A stretch of DNA of 64,000 nt from Candidatus Zhuqueibacterota bacterium (GTDB taxonomy: Bacteria > Zhuqueibacterota > QNDG01 > JABMRT01). Below are positions 16,845 to 25,331 of this stretch, piece after piece; the first letter of the stretch is position 1, and each line of letters starts with the position of its first letter. Location: the NCBI GenBank assembly GCA_013202295.1, contig JABMRT010000292.1, positions 12,486-76,485 of the forward strand, in the 5' to 3' direction. The notes under the pieces are model-generated. The model saw only the letters and a program-made list of their open reading frames with translations. It did no database searches and was not told where the DNA came from. A program made the position numbers and the translations under genes.

Positions 16845-19649
16845 TTATTTATTTTTCTCTCTGTTTTCTAAACGATCTTCATCCTGTTCCTTGCTTTCGC
16901 GAATCATATCCTCCATATTATCAATTTGGGGAGACTCTTTAATAGCTTTCCAATCAAATTTTTCATTAAAAGGGTCGAGTGCTTTTTGAGGATCGAATAT
17001 CCTGCTATCTACCGATAAAGCATCGTATGGTTTGTAGTCAGGATAAGTTGTAAAAAAGTCAGCCAAATCCGTAGCCCCGGCATCATATTGATTTAAATAT
17101 GGCAGGCCCAAAATATTCCAGAATGATTTAAACAAACTGCCAAAACTATAATGTACATGACTAACATAGTCTTTTTTTACCCAGGGAGAAACGAGCATAA
17201 GAACACTGCGATGAGCATCAATATGATCAACGCCGTTTTGTGCGTCATCTTCTGTAATAACGATCAACATATTCTTCCAATAAGGTGTTCGTGAGAGATA
17301 TTCTACAATACGACCGACAGCTAAATCATTATCTGCCATATAGCTTTCCCGGAAAGGATACCCGGCATCCGGACGATCGCCCGCTCCGTGGTCATTTGGA
17401 ATTATTGCTGTAATAAATTCCGGCATAGTATCCTTGCCCATAATCCATTTCTCATCAAATTCTTTTATAAACTGATCTATTCTAAATTGATCCGGAATTG
17501 CCATGTTATAAGTCGGGTACATTTTAGAGGTCCATTCATAAAGGGGCTGTGGCATTGGGTAATTGATATACTGCCTATTTCCGGAATATTTATATTCAGC
17601 TTTATAAAGTGCCGGTTCAAACATTATACTAAAACCAAAATTATAAAATTTCACTTTATTACGCTTTAAATGATCCCACATAGAACCTGCTTCATTATAA
17701 TCTTCCGGATAAATTGCTCCTGCTGATCCATTCATCGCAAAAACACCGGGTGCATTTGAGTTTTCCCGATAATTGCGGTTACCTCCATAACTAGCTGCGG
17801 TTGATGTCTCACACCACTCATTAGGGTATGTGTTTACCAACCAGCGGTGGCCATCAGCTGAAACATCGGAATCCACATAAAAATTATCTGAAATGGCAAA
17901 TTGGCTGGCTAGAGCCAAATGGTTAGGCATTACCGTTGAATTTGAAACTGAGTTCGTTTTATTTCGATTTGAAAATGTCGCTCTTTTACCATATCGCGCA
18001 AGTGCTGAGTCACCTTCGCCTTTTTTAATTTGCCCGAAAACTTCATCATAGGTTCTGTTTTCCTTCGAAATAAACACAATGTGACGTATTGGACTAACTT
18101 TTTCCCCGGGGAATAATGGAATGGGATTATTTTCCCTGTTTTTAAAAACCAGGTCATCGGCTTTAGTAAAGTTAAAGTTGTTCGAAATGACCTGTTTTGT
18201 CATTTCCTTTAATTGTTTATCACCAGGAATATCGACTACCTGAACGGTTCCTTTCATTAACGAACCGATGTAACTTCCTACCGATCCCTGGTCAAAAGTT
18301 GCTCCTCCATTAGGGCCGCTGCCATAACCCTTAGCGTTGGCAATGATTAATTTTTTTCCATCATTGCTCACTTTAACTTTTGACGGAAACCAGCCTGTTG
18401 GAATATGTCCCGAGACTTTTTGATCTGAAACATTAATAACAGCAACAGCATTTATTCCCGATTCAGCTACATACAATCGTTTTCGGTCGGGGCTTAAGGC
18501 TAAACCAAAAGGAATTACTCCACGAAACTGCCTTATTCGATCATCAGGTTTAAGGTAGATTGTATTGACCACTGTATCCTGTTCCATAGAAATAACCGAG
18601 ATATTATCATTGGTTCCATTGCTGACGAATACATATTTATTGGTTGCAACAATTGAGTTGGGGCTGGATCCTCCAACAGCCGGGATATCTTCGACTAATG
18701 CTCCAACTAGGTGCCCGGTTTTAATTTTGGCAGCAACTATTGGATTTATTGAATCCTCAAGATTAATAGCAAATACTGAAAACGCCTCAAGAGAATTTAG
18801 ATCACCCAGACCGGGAATTACTAATGTATCATTTTCTATCCCCTCTATCATCTCTTTTGAGCCATAGGCAAAAGCAGGATAATCAATTGGCTTTACCTTT
18901 GATTCATTCGCATTTCCATCTTTTATCAGTGCATACTCAAACATTCCCACGTTGGCTACATAAGCCATCTTTTCATCAGGAGATAGACAAATCCCAAATG
19001 GATATCGTCCTACAGGAACTGAGTGTTTAAGAGTTTTCGTTTCTGTATCCAGGACAACCATTCTAAAACCTATCTGATCCACAGCATAGAGCGTTTTTCC
19101 ATCCTTCGTTAATTTAAGATCGCCTATATAGCCGTGAGTATAATCCACTTTTTCAGAAATAAAAGAGCAATCTATAGTTCCCTTTTTTCCTCCGGAATTG
19201 ACATCAAACAGGTATATCTTGTTCTCTTGCCCTCCAGCAACATAAATTGTTTGATTGTCAGGAGATATTGCCAACCCCATAAACACCGAAGCCAAAACAC
19301 CTTTGTCAGTAGATGGACCTGGAGGTATCTGTTGTACTTCAGGATTTTGCGATAAAATATTGCGAACAATCGTAATTGACAATGGACTGGTTCCTGAATT
19401 GGCTGTAACCGCAGTATTACCATCCGGACTTAGTGCTAATCCGTATGGATGTGGTGCCGTTACTAAACTTTTCCCTGCTGGAGTAATGTATCTTCCATTA
19501 GGAATAACAGTTTTTCCGGTTTTATCAATTTTTGTGAATTTATTTCCAGCAGGTGCTGACGCTATCCAGAGTGTTTTATCCTTTGAATTATTTTGTAGGC
19601 TGCAACCAGAAAAAGGTAGCATTATTAAAAACAGAATTATAGTTTTCAT
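16845..19649 (-). CDS. YncE-like beta-propeller / alkaline-phosphatase-superfamily phosphoesterase fusion lipoprotein, cassette-borne
   Basis: Lipobox FSGC after MKTII (19649); YVTN-like propeller repeats (P.GLALSPDG..LYV); KENRTYD..FG and SADGHRW phosphoesterase motifs. Confidence 0.88.
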   Translation of the reverse strand: MKTIILFLIMLPFSGCSLQNNSKDKTLWIASAPAGNKFTKIDKTGKTVIPNGRYITPAGKSLVTAPHPYGLALSPDGNTAVTANSGTSPLSITIVRNILSQNPEVQQIPPGPSTDKGVLASVFMGLAISPDNQTIYVAGGQENKIYLFDVNSGGKKGTIDCSFISEKVDYTHGYIGDLKLTKDGKTLYAVDQIGFRMVVLDTETKTLKHSVPVGRYPFGICLSPDEKMAYVANVGMFEYALIKDGNANESKVKPIDYPAFAYGSKEMIEGIENDTLVIPGLGDLNSLEAFSVFAINLEDSINPIVAAKIKTGHLVGALVEDIPAVGGSSPNSIVATNKYVFVSNGTNDNISVISMEQDTVVNTIYLKPDDRIRQFRGVIPFGLALSPDRKRLYVAESGINAVAVINVSDQKVSGHIPTGWFPSKVKVSNDGKKLIIANAKGYGSGPNGGATFDQGSVGSYIGSLMKGTVQVVDIPGDKQLKEMTKQVISNNFNFTKADDLVFKNRENNPIPLFPGEKVSPIRHIVFISKENRTYDEVFGQIKKGEGDSALARYGKRATFSNRNKTNSVSNSTVMPNHLALASQFAISDNFYVDSDVSADGHRWLVNTYPNEWCETSTAASYGGNRNYRENSNAPGVFAMNGSAGAIYPEDYNEAGSMWDHLKRNKVKFYNFGFSIMFEPALYKAEYKYSGNRQYINYPMPQPLYEWTSKMYPTYNMAIPDQFRIDQFIKEFDEKWIMGKDTMPEFITAIIPNDHGAGDRPDAGYPFRESYMADNDLAVGRIVEYLSRTPYWKNMLIVITEDDAQNGVDHIDAHRSVLMLVSPWVKKDYVSHVHYSFGSLFKSFWNILGLPYLNQYDAGATDLADFFTTYPDYKPYDALSVDSRIFDPQKALDPFNEKFDWKAIKESPQIDNMEDMIRESKEQDEDRLENREKNK

Positions 19650-19835
19650 ATGTTTTATTAAAATCATCGTTTTCACGTTTGAAATCCAATGTTTGTATGT
19701 ATTCATTGTGTTTATCCTCTCAATTTAGCAATATTAACACAATCGTTAATATTGTTCTTTTACAATATATATTAATACTATTCAAAAAAACCAGCAAGAT
19801 GATTCTTAATTCTAATAAAAGATTTTTGATACAGC

Positions 19836-19934
19836 GTATAACATCTGTTTCAGCGGTCACGAGCCAAGAGCAAGTATCCCGCAAGTTGAGTTTAGAATTC
19901 CATGTTAGCGATCCGCTGCAAACACGGGTTATAA
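19836..19934 (-). mobile_element. Integron attC site (attC-1)
   Basis: Minus strand: R'' TTATAAC-CCGTG-TTTGCAGCGGATCGC ... GTGACCGCTGAAAC-AGAT-R' GTTATAC; 99 bp. Confidence 0.85.
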
Positions 19935-20277
19935 GCCCACCTAAAGTGAATGACGTCTCTTTCGTTTCAAAATAAAAACAATAGCTCAAAATCTCAATAT
20001 TATTTCTGCTGAATTAAATTCTTTTTAGGTCCGGGACAAATACAAAAACTCAGCTCTTTCGGTTTCAATTCAATAGCCAGACTGATTGAACCCTTTGCCC
20101 AAAGTACCTTTCACCTTCAACCTGAACAGGGAGTGATTCAGGGGTATGGGTTTATGACCTCTTCCCCCAATCTTTGAGGTTCAGGGGATGAGGCAGTTTA
20201 TTGATTTTGCCTTCGACCTTTCAACCTTTTCAAAGAACTCGGATTTGCAGAGCGTATTGCTGTATCAAATTATCTAA

Positions 20278-20296
20278 CTTATAACCTAAGTTTATC
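20278..20296 (-). mobile_element. Array-start recombination core (attI-like or relic)
   Basis: Minus strand GATAAA-CTTAG-GTTATAAG. The GTTATAAG matches the attC-1 R'' (CTTATAAC), and the TAAA-N5-GTT spacing resembles attI1. Confidence 0.45.
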
Positions 20297-20322
20297 GACC
20301 AATAATTATCATCCCGAGGTGA

Positions 20323-20460
20323 TCAGCTAAAACCATCAATAATTTCCAAATAGTAACGTTTCCCATTTGAACCCTTATATGGAAATAATGCAGGCACATA
20401 TTGTCGGTATCTCATATAGGGTTCTCCAAATTGTTCAATTAACTCTTTTTCCTCAGGGTT
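20323..20460 (-). pseudogene. C-terminal fragment of an isoprenylcysteine-carboxylmethyltransferase (ICMT/PEMT)-family gene
   Basis: Reads PEEKELIEQFGEPYMRYRQYVPALFPYKG...FS* with no start; abuts the stop of the upstream gene. Confidence 0.65.
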
Positions 20461-20481
20461 GCTGTTTAATTTTGCACTCTT

Positions 20482-21279
20482 TTAAAATTGCCGGGCCCAT
20501 TGAAAATCGAACAGAGGCAGCAACAAATGCCATTGGGTACCAAAAGGATATTCCGCGTAGACAAGTTTGTAGCCCAGACACATTTGAAAGCGTGTACTTT
20601 TTCGCCATATAATCAATCCCTTATGTTCAAACGCGAAATTTTCCTCTGCTTTCGGCACCAGAAAAATATCAGAATCCACAACATAATGCCAGCGCCTAAC
20701 AATCAATCCTTGAAGGTCAATCCCCATCCTAAAATTGTAGGTATTATAAAACACTGCCAGTCTCGGGAATATGAGAGGCAGATCGATAGTGGTTCGCTCA
20801 TCAAGGTCTTCAGATGTATAAGCGAATGTCAGTCCTGCTTTTGCTGTCACAAGTAATCGCGGGTCGAACCGTTTTGATACCAGAATTTCATTGTGGAAAG
20901 CTACCATATGGGGCATGGTGAATTCAGGTGAAATCAGCCCGCCAATGCCTTTTTTGGAAACCGTACGCAGTAATGGGGTCGGATAATAAAAACTGTGCCT
21001 TGTCGCCCAGTCATATCCTGCGATTGCAGAGTGCTTCCATTTAACACTCAGATTGGGCATCAGGATATTCGGCAGCACATAAGTGGACAATTCCAGAGAT
21101 TCAGAAAGACCATAAGCAGCGGGTTGAAATATGCCAAATTCCAGACGATCTTTCGGAAGCAAATAGGCTGTCCCTGATGACCAAAGAGAAACATCGCCTT
21201 CATTTATTTCTCCTGCCATAATGCAAGGTATCCCCCACATGAACAGGACGAGTCCGATCAGGATTTTAGAGATCTTCAT
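20482..21279 (-). CDS. Hypothetical exported/outer-membrane protein
   Basis: Signal peptide MKISK..., terminal Phe; ATGA overlap with the upstream EEP gene. Confidence 0.7.
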   Translation of the reverse strand: MKISKILIGLVLFMWGIPCIMAGEINEGDVSLWSSGTAYLLPKDRLEFGIFQPAAYGLSESLELSTYVLPNILMPNLSVKWKHSAIAGYDWATRHSFYYPTPLLRTVSKKGIGGLISPEFTMPHMVAFHNEILVSKRFDPRLLVTAKAGLTFAYTSEDLDERTTIDLPLIFPRLAVFYNTYNFRMGIDLQGLIVRRWHYVVDSDIFLVPKAEENFAFEHKGLIIWRKSTRFQMCLGYKLVYAEYPFGTQWHLLLPLFDFQWARQF

Positions 21280-22367
21280 TCTGGCACCCCCCATCTGACA
21301 CTAATTGGTGTATGGTCGGACCAATCAGTCGCTTCCTGATGTGTGGAGTCGGAACCCGCAATCCACTGGTAATTGGTAAACAAATAATCCAATTTCTTTT
21401 GCCAGAAACCATCCCAGTGGGATGTATTCGTAAAATAGCGCTCTTCGTTTGTCAGATATTCATCCAGAGGAACGGCAGATTGATACGTATCGTATAGATC
21501 CTGAAGCCAGGTTACTTCCTTGGTGAAATCGCAGCCTTCCATTTCGTTAACATCTTCACCGAAACAACGATCCTCAAGACAGAAATATGTTTTAGTCGCT
21601 CCGGGCGGTAGAGTATTCAAATCGCCACCGGCAACAAAGTAGGCACCCGCTTCGTGTAGTTCATCGAGCTCTGCCTTGAATATATCGATATGTTTCATTT
21701 TAGTGTCGTCCTTGGCAAAGGCAGAGGTATGGACATTTACGGCATAAAAATTGGGAACATTGGGGAGGTCAATTTTTACTTTCAGAATATTCCGTCGCAA
21801 ATAGAAATACTTGGTAAGTTCATCCTGATCGCCGCGCTGAGGCAGAGGGATACGGATGGCTTCAAGAATGGGCCACCGAGATAACACCGCATTGCCCATG
21901 TTCATACGTCCCAGTCCGTCGCTGGGGATGAACTGAACTTTCCAGACTGAAGCAAAAGCTCCGTAATTAAAATAGGTATGGTCCAGCAGCCACTGCATTT
22001 GATCGATATATGCCGACCGTTTAGATTCAATATCGATCTCGTTGATGATCAGGACGTCGGGTTGAATTTCATTGATTTTGTTGGCTATACCTTGCAGATG
22101 GGTGAACACTTCATCTTTTGTGAGAATCACACGGTCGCCGCAGGAATCCCCGAACCAGGGGATACGACCAGCGCCAAAACGGATGTTCCAGGTCATCACG
22201 GTGATAGTTTCAACCGTGCTGGGTGGTGCCGATTTCTGTTCGGCTGTATAAATGACCGCATCACCTATTTCCTCAAATTGCTCAACCCAGGGTTCACATC
22301 GCAGCCAGGTGATGGACACGACCAGCCATACAATGATCATGAATCGAGGATTCTTAAAAGAAGTCAT
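21276..22367 (-). CDS. Endonuclease/exonuclease/phosphatase family protein
   Basis: TWNIRF, INEID, NVHT, GGDLN, KLDYLF and SDHTP motifs. Confidence 0.9.
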   Translation of the reverse strand: MTSFKNPRFMIIVWLVVSITWLRCEPWVEQFEEIGDAVIYTAEQKSAPPSTVETITVMTWNIRFGAGRIPWFGDSCGDRVILTKDEVFTHLQGIANKINEIQPDVLIINEIDIESKRSAYIDQMQWLLDHTYFNYGAFASVWKVQFIPSDGLGRMNMGNAVLSRWPILEAIRIPLPQRGDQDELTKYFYLRRNILKVKIDLPNVPNFYAVNVHTSAFAKDDTKMKHIDIFKAELDELHEAGAYFVAGGDLNTLPPGATKTYFCLEDRCFGEDVNEMEGCDFTKEVTWLQDLYDTYQSAVPLDEYLTNEERYFTNTSHWDGFWQKKLDYLFTNYQWIAGSDSTHQEATDWSDHTPISVRWGVPE

Positions 22368-22631
22368 TATTGATCTCCTTTCTCATTAATTCACCGCGAC
22401 CCCGGGCTCCGCCTGGGATCGACCAAGAATTGAGTGACTTCCATAAGGTTCCCGGTTGGAGACTGGAAACCAGGTAAAATCCATAGATAACGAAAATTAT
22501 ATTCAGCGGGGAACACAGATTTTCCGCCTAAAATACAATGATCAATGCCATGTAATAATATGAAATTCTAAGAATAATTTACGAAGACTTGATGAAAATG
22601 CAAGGAGTTTTTTAAATCCCTCTACCAGAAC

Positions 22632-22664
22632 AAACCTGACAGTTTTTGAAGACTTGTCAGGTTT
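22632..22664. repeat. REP-like palindrome (AAACCTG family), likely the original tolC terminator
   Basis: AAACCTGACA...TGTCAGGTTT 10-bp perfect stem; a related copy lies at 34844-34875. Confidence 0.65.
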
Positions 22665-22674
22665 TTAAATCTGT

Positions 22675-22802
22675 CTACTCCGCATACGAAGAAACAATAC
22701 CGCCCGTGAGACGCAGCAATTCTGTATGGGCCTCGATCAATCGGTAAATAGATTCCAGCCGTCCGAGAGCTGCGTTCAAGTAAATTAACTGGACATCACG
22801 GA
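22675..22802 (-). repeat. Orphan copy of the last 128 bp of the tolC-family gene (direct repeat of 23980-24107)
   Basis: Encodes RDVQLIYLNAALGRLESIYRLIEAHTELLRLTGGIVSSYAE*. It has 12 mismatches to the tolC copy, 11 of them synonymous; 22760-22802 is identical. Confidence 0.97.
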
Positions 22803-23839
22803 TTGACAATCACTTTGGTCCGCTCCTCACCCCCCATCACCTTCAACGCTTGATGAATTTCGCTTAGCGGGAAGCGGTGAGAGATGATCTTCTCTGTATC
22901 CACCAGCCCGGAGTCCATCAGGCGGATGGCACGGGACATTGCCAGCGGCGTGGTGCCGAAACTGGCATCCATGCGCCCTTCCAAGAAATGTGTGAGACCG
23001 CCGTCCAGCTCAAACGTCTCGTGGGTAGTGATGCCAAAGACGTTCCACCGGGTTCCCCGCCGCCGCAGGCTTGACATCAACTTGACAGCCTCGATCGGCC
23101 CCGCCGCTTCGATGATCAGATCAGGGCCGCCAGGGATGATCTCATAGACGCGCGATTTGGCATCTTCGCCCACGGGATCGATCGCGTGCGTCGCACCCAG
23201 CGCCAGAGCCTGCTGCCTGGCATAAGGGCTGGGATCTATGGCGATCATTTGCGCCGCCCCGGCGGCTTTTGCCACCATCTGGCATAACAATCCCATGCTG
23301 CCCGCCCCGATGATGACCACGTCGTCCCCGACACGCATCTCGCTATACTGGACCACACCCTTCCACGCACCAGAGAGTGGCTCGGTGAGAGCCGCGGCAT
23401 CGAATGACAGGCCGGCGGGCTTGAGAAAGAGACTGTTCTCGGTGGTGCACATGTACTCGGCGAACGCCCCAGGCCAGACGTCGTCCTGGCCATCCCCACC
23501 GGTAACGAAACCGTGCATGCAATAGTGGGTGTTGCTGGCACGGCAGTGCTCACAGACCCCGCAATAGCCCATCGGCTGGCAGATAATCTCGTCCCCTTCC
23601 TTGAAGTGAATAACACCCGGCCCCACCTCAGCGATGATGCCACTTGGCTCGTGGCCGACGATGGCAGGGAAGGTGACGTTCGTACGGACTCCTTTGACCG
23701 CCTTGTAGTCGGTCCCGCAGATGCCGCATGATTTTACACGCACCACTACGGTACCGGGTGCTGCGGGCTTGGGACGGGGCACTTGTTCCAATCGCAGGTC
23801 ATTGAAATCGTGTAAGACTGCAGCAAGCATCGTTTCCAT
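22796..23839 (-). CDS. Zinc-dependent (MDR) sugar-alcohol/threonine-type dehydrogenase, GC-rich
   Basis: CGICGTD, GHE, structural-Zn CGVCEHC..C and GAGSMG motifs. Confidence 0.93.
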   Translation of the reverse strand: METMLAAVLHDFNDLRLEQVPRPKPAAPGTVVVRVKSCGICGTDYKAVKGVRTNVTFPAIVGHEPSGIIAEVGPGVIHFKEGDEIICQPMGYCGVCEHCRASNTHYCMHGFVTGGDGQDDVWPGAFAEYMCTTENSLFLKPAGLSFDAAALTEPLSGAWKGVVQYSEMRVGDDVVIIGAGSMGLLCQMVAKAAGAAQMIAIDPSPYARQQALALGATHAIDPVGEDAKSRVYEIIPGGPDLIIEAAGPIEAVKLMSSLRRRGTRWNVFGITTHETFELDGGLTHFLEGRMDASFGTTPLAMSRAIRLMDSGLVDTEKIISHRFPLSEIHQALKVMGGEERTKVIVNP

Positions 23840-23928
23840 TTCTATACACTCCGAAAAAAGTATACTTCGGCCAACATATTTATATCGTGACGTACTATAT
23901 TGTAAATGGTTTTTAACATCCCTATTTC

Positions 23929-23956
23929 GTAGGGGTGGACGGCCGCCCGCCCTTAC
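23929..23956 (+). repeat. GTAG-type REP element
   Basis: GTAGGGGTGGACGGCCGCCCGCCCTTAC; near-identical copy at 30669-30696. Confidence 0.75.
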
Positions 23957-23979
23957 ATGAGTATCATCGGAATTAAATT

Positions 23980-25278
23980 CTACTGCGCATACGAAGAGAC
24001 AATCCCACCCGTGAGTCGCAACAGTTCAGTATGGGCCTCAATCAACCGGTAAATAGATTCCAATCGTCCGAGAGCTGCGTTCAAGTAAATTAACTGGACA
24101 TCACGGAAGTTGAAGGAATTTATCGCACCTGATTTAAATTTCTCTTCAGAGATTTGAAGATTGAGTTCAGCCGTTTCCAGCGCTTCCTGTGAAATTGAAA
24201 GGAGTTTTTCGCGGACATTATAAAGATCGAGTTGGGCAGCCAGACGATTGGAAAGACTATGTTCAATCGACGCGATCTCAACTTCGCCGATTTCACGATC
24301 CAGTTTGGCGATATCGATCGCACGCTTGCGATTGCCACCATTAAACAGATTCCAGTTTAAAGTCAGTGTGCCATACGCATTGCGTGAATCGCTATCGGCC
24401 CAGTCCGAGATGTCCGTTTTGGAACGAGTGAGGCTGGTTTCGGCACCGGCGCGGAGCGACAAACTGGGCGACCACGCACTTTTTGAAAGTTGAACTTGTG
24501 AATTGAGAAGCTGCTGTTGAATGAATTTATTTCGCAATTGTCGATTGTCCGCGAGCATGCGTTCACGCAGCAGATCGAGTGAATAGAGCTGCCAATCCAA
24601 TTCGAACGGATCAGTGAATGCATAGCTCTGATCTTCAGAAATGCCCATGAGATAATTTAAATCACGCACCGCATTGCGCGCTGTGGTCTCCTGTTGAAGG
24701 AAACGGGCTTCATCCTCAAGCCAGGCGTTCTTTGCTTGAAGGACATCATAAGTAACCAATGCCCCAATTTCTTTTTTCTCAAGAACCTGCGTGTATCGAT
24801 CATTCGAAACCTGCCGCACCGTATCGAGCACTTGAAGCCGTTCATTTTGAAGCAGAACATTGTAATATGCCAGGATCACTGCCTGCATCGTCTGTTCTAC
24901 CAGAAGGGCAGTATTCCCGGCGGAAAGTTCTTCAAGCTGAGACAACTGCGCCTTTTGGATCCAAACCGAAAACCCCCTGAACAGCGTCCAGCTCAAAGTG
25001 GCACTGCCCAAGCCGCGCTGCTGTGTCCAATCATCGTCAGGATCAATGCTTTGACTCTGTGTACCGCTCGCAGACAAATCAAGGGAGGGGAGCATTCCGG
25101 CCTGGCCCCAGCTGTTATTTTTTTCAGAGATGGATTCATCCAGCTGGATCACACGAATATCATAATTGTTCTCAAGCGCCAGGGTAATCGCTCCGGAAAG
25201 GCCAAGTGTCTGTTGTGCGTGTAAATGTGTGGACAATCCAGCTATTAGAAAAAGGATAAATATATCAATCCGTTTCAT
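23980..25278 (-). CDS. TolC-family outer-membrane efflux protein
   Basis: Signal peptide, two OEP repeats (ALENNYDI..LPSLDL; WSPSLSL..WNLFNGG); third gene of the RND operon. Confidence 0.92.
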   Translation of the reverse strand: MKRIDIFILFLIAGLSTHLHAQQTLGLSGAITLALENNYDIRVIQLDESISEKNNSWGQAGMLPSLDLSASGTQSQSIDPDDDWTQQRGLGSATLSWTLFRGFSVWIQKAQLSQLEELSAGNTALLVEQTMQAVILAYYNVLLQNERLQVLDTVRQVSNDRYTQVLEKKEIGALVTYDVLQAKNAWLEDEARFLQQETTARNAVRDLNYLMGISEDQSYAFTDPFELDWQLYSLDLLRERMLADNRQLRNKFIQQQLLNSQVQLSKSAWSPSLSLRAGAETSLTRSKTDISDWADSDSRNAYGTLTLNWNLFNGGNRKRAIDIAKLDREIGEVEIASIEHSLSNRLAAQLDLYNVREKLLSISQEALETAELNLQISEEKFKSGAINSFNFRDVQLIYLNAALGRLESIYRLIEAHTELLRLTGGIVSSYAQ

Positions 25279-25331
25279 GGATTTTGCTCCGATAAAAAAC
25301 TGACTATTGGATTTCAACTTGATGGCATCCC

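Noticed and set aside
19825-20269. 11-bp inverted repeat TTTGATACAGC suggesting a MITE
   Set aside because: It is short, shows no target duplication and straddles attC-1; the cassette interpretation explains the region better.
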